A stretch of 62,127 nt of DNA, filler included, from Anaerolineae bacterium (GTDB taxonomy: Bacteria; Chloroflexota; Anaerolineae; Epilineales; Epilineaceae), in assembly GCA_029262755.1 (NCBI GenBank). It is 5 parts of 5 records of this genome, joined end to end, with 100 filler letters (N's around TTAATTAATTAA, not from the genome) between each part and the next. Parts side by side here need not be neighbours in the genome. Positions count along the whole stretch, not along the records: positions 55,362 to 62,127 come from JAJCYU010000163.1; 4 more parts are not named here. One strand, given 5' to 3'. Below, one piece after another: positions 60,563 to 62,127 of this stretch. Position 1 is the stretch's first letter; every line of letters begins with the position of its first letter. The translations under genes and the position numbers were made by a program. The notes under the pieces are model-generated. The model worked only from the letters and a program-made list of their open reading frames with translations, had not been told where the DNA came from and searched no databases.

Positions 60563-61645
60563 TCAATCGTCCGCGGTGGCCCAGCGGCGGGCGGCTTCCT
60601 CGCCTGCGCGGCCGGTTGCACGCATCGCATCGTGTCCACTCGGCGGATGATCGTGATACAGCCAACAGCGCACCTCATGGGACTCGCTCACGGGCAACAG
60701 GTCGGGATCGACCTCCGTGCAGATGCTCAGCTCGTGCTCCACACGCGGCACGCAGCGGCCGGCGAAGCGGCAGCCGGGTGGCAGATCGACCAAGGAAGGG
60801 ACCGTGCCGGGGATCACCGCAAGCCGAGCCTTTCTCTCGCCCAACTTCGGGATGGATTCGAGCAGCCCGACCGTGTAAGGGTGGCGCGGTTCGGCATAGA
60901 TCGACTGTACATCCGTGTACTCGACCACCTGTCCGGCATACATCACCGCCACCTGCTCCGCCATCTCAGCCACAACCCCAAGGTCATGGGTGATGAAGAT
61001 GATCGCGGTGTTCGAGCGATCCCGCAGGTCGCGCATCAAGTCGAGGATCTGGGCCTGGATCGTCACATCGAGCGCGGTGGTCGGCTCGTCGGCGATCAGC
61101 AGCTCCGGCTGCGTGGCGAGGGCCATGGCGATCATGACACGCTGCGCCTGACCGCCCGAGATCTCGTGCGGGAAGGCCTGCGCCCGCCGCGCCGCGTCCG
61201 GAATGCCGACCAGCGTCAGCATCTCCACCGCTTTCTCGCGTGCTTCTTCCTTCGAGATGCTCATGTGAATCTCGAAGACCTCGGCCACCTGATCGCCGAT
61301 CCGGAATACCGGATTGAGGCTGGAGAGCGGCTGCTGAAAGATCATCGAAATCCGATTGCCCCGCAGTTCCTGCATCTCCCGTTCGGAGATGTCGAGCAGG
61401 TTGCGGCCGTCGAACTCGATCTCGCCGTCAACCACCCTACCGGGATGTCCGACCAGCCGCATGACCGAGAACATCGTCACGCTCTTCCCGCAGCCGGACT
61501 CGCCGACCACGCCGAGGGTCTGTCCGCGCCTGACCTCCAGATCGACCCCGTCGACGGCCTTGACCACGCCGTCCTCGGTGAAGAAATAGGTCTTCAGCCC
61601 GCGGATCTCCAGCAGGTTGCCGGTTCCGTTGCTCTTGTTGCTCAA
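60563..61645 (-). CDS. oppD: Oligopeptide/dipeptide ABC transporter ATP-binding protein
   Basis: [32 protein letters not shown] and GCRFAGRC motifs. Confidence 0.93.
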   Translation of the reverse strand: MSNKSNGTGNLLEIRGLKTYFFTEDGVVKAVDGVDLEVRRGQTLGVVGESGCGKSVTMFSVMRLVGHPGRVVDGEIEFDGRNLLDISEREMQELRGNRISMIFQQPLSSLNPVFRIGDQVAEVFEIHMSISKEEAREKAVEMLTLVGIPDAARRAQAFPHEISGGQAQRVMIAMALATQPELLIADEPTTALDVTIQAQILDLMRDLRDRSNTAIIFITHDLGVVAEMAEQVAVMYAGQVVEYTDVQSIYAEPRHPYTVGLLESIPKLGERKARLAVIPGTVPSLVDLPPGCRFAGRCVPRVEHELSICTEVDPDLLPVSESHEVRCWLYHDHPPSGHDAMRATGRAGEEAARRWATADD

Positions 61646-61720
61646 AGCGCTCCCCCGTCGGTGTGTGCGCGAAGGCCGTTTGCCGGTGCGCCGCGAACGG
61701 CGCCGTCCGACCTCCGGCGA

Positions 61721-62127
61721 CTAGTGGCCGGCGCTGAGCTGGCCGCGCGGGTCGAGGGCGTCGCGCAGCGCGTCACCCATGAAGTTGAAGGACAAGCTGG
61801 TCAGGAAGATCGTCATGCCCGGATAGAAGACCTGCATGGGCCGCGTGAGGATCATCCGCTGGGAGTCTTGCAACATGTTGCCCCAGCTCGGATCCGGCGC
61901 CTGGACCCCGAAACCGAGATAGGAGAGTGCGGCCTCGCCGACCACGACGCCCCCCACCTGCAGCGTCGCCGCGACCAGCACGGGCGCGATGGCGTTGGGG
62001 ATCATGTGACGCATGATGATGCGGCTGTTCGAAGCGCCAACCGCTCGAGCGGCTTCGGCGAACTCCTGATTCTTCAAGCTGAGCACCATGCCCCGTACGA
62101 GACGGGATGGTCCCGTCCAGCCCAGGA
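61721..62127 (-). CDS. oppC: Oligopeptide ABC transporter permease, C-terminal part
   Basis: EAARAVGAS EAA motif, EAALSYLGFG, GDALRDALDP. Confidence 0.92.
   Translation of the reverse strand, partial: LGWTGPSRLVRGMVLSLKNQEFAEAARAVGASNSRIIMRHMIPNAIAPVLVAATLQVGGVVVGEAALSYLGFGVQAPDPSWGNMLQDSQRMILTRPMQVFYPGMTIFLTSLSFNFMGDALRDALDPRGQLSAGH

Overview
High-GC (roughly 70%) bacterial DNA, most consistent with Chloroflexota (fused glyQS, GAAC-N4-GTTC LexA-type boxes, many secreted proteins with a terminal [IL][FY]LP motif); the taxonomy is inference. The window is five contigs (1-13377, 13478-30366, 30467-41137, 41238-55261, 55362-62127) joined by artificial 100-nt N/TTAATTAATTAA spacers. It holds housekeeping genes (glyQS, recO, scpB, rluB, cmk, oppCDF, an MshC-like class I ligase), a heterodimeric ABC exporter, and many large secreted or surface proteins. 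No CRISPR array, rRNA, tRNA or transposase was recognised. Most notable signals: (1) an unannotated 26-codon leader peptide plus two cross-pairing terminators upstream of the ABC exporter, a probable attenuator; (2) LexA-type boxes in the promoters of a lytic transglycosylase and a small membrane protein; (3) a shared short sorting-like motif on seven unrelated exported proteins; (4) a dispersed MITE-like repeat family located at gene 3' ends; (5) the end of contig 4 joins the start of contig 2, restoring a tandem pair of Thr/Pro-stalked glycoside hydrolases; (6) two paralogous HEAT-repeat proteins of unknown family; (7) rluB in frame behind the scpB stop with no canonical start codon.
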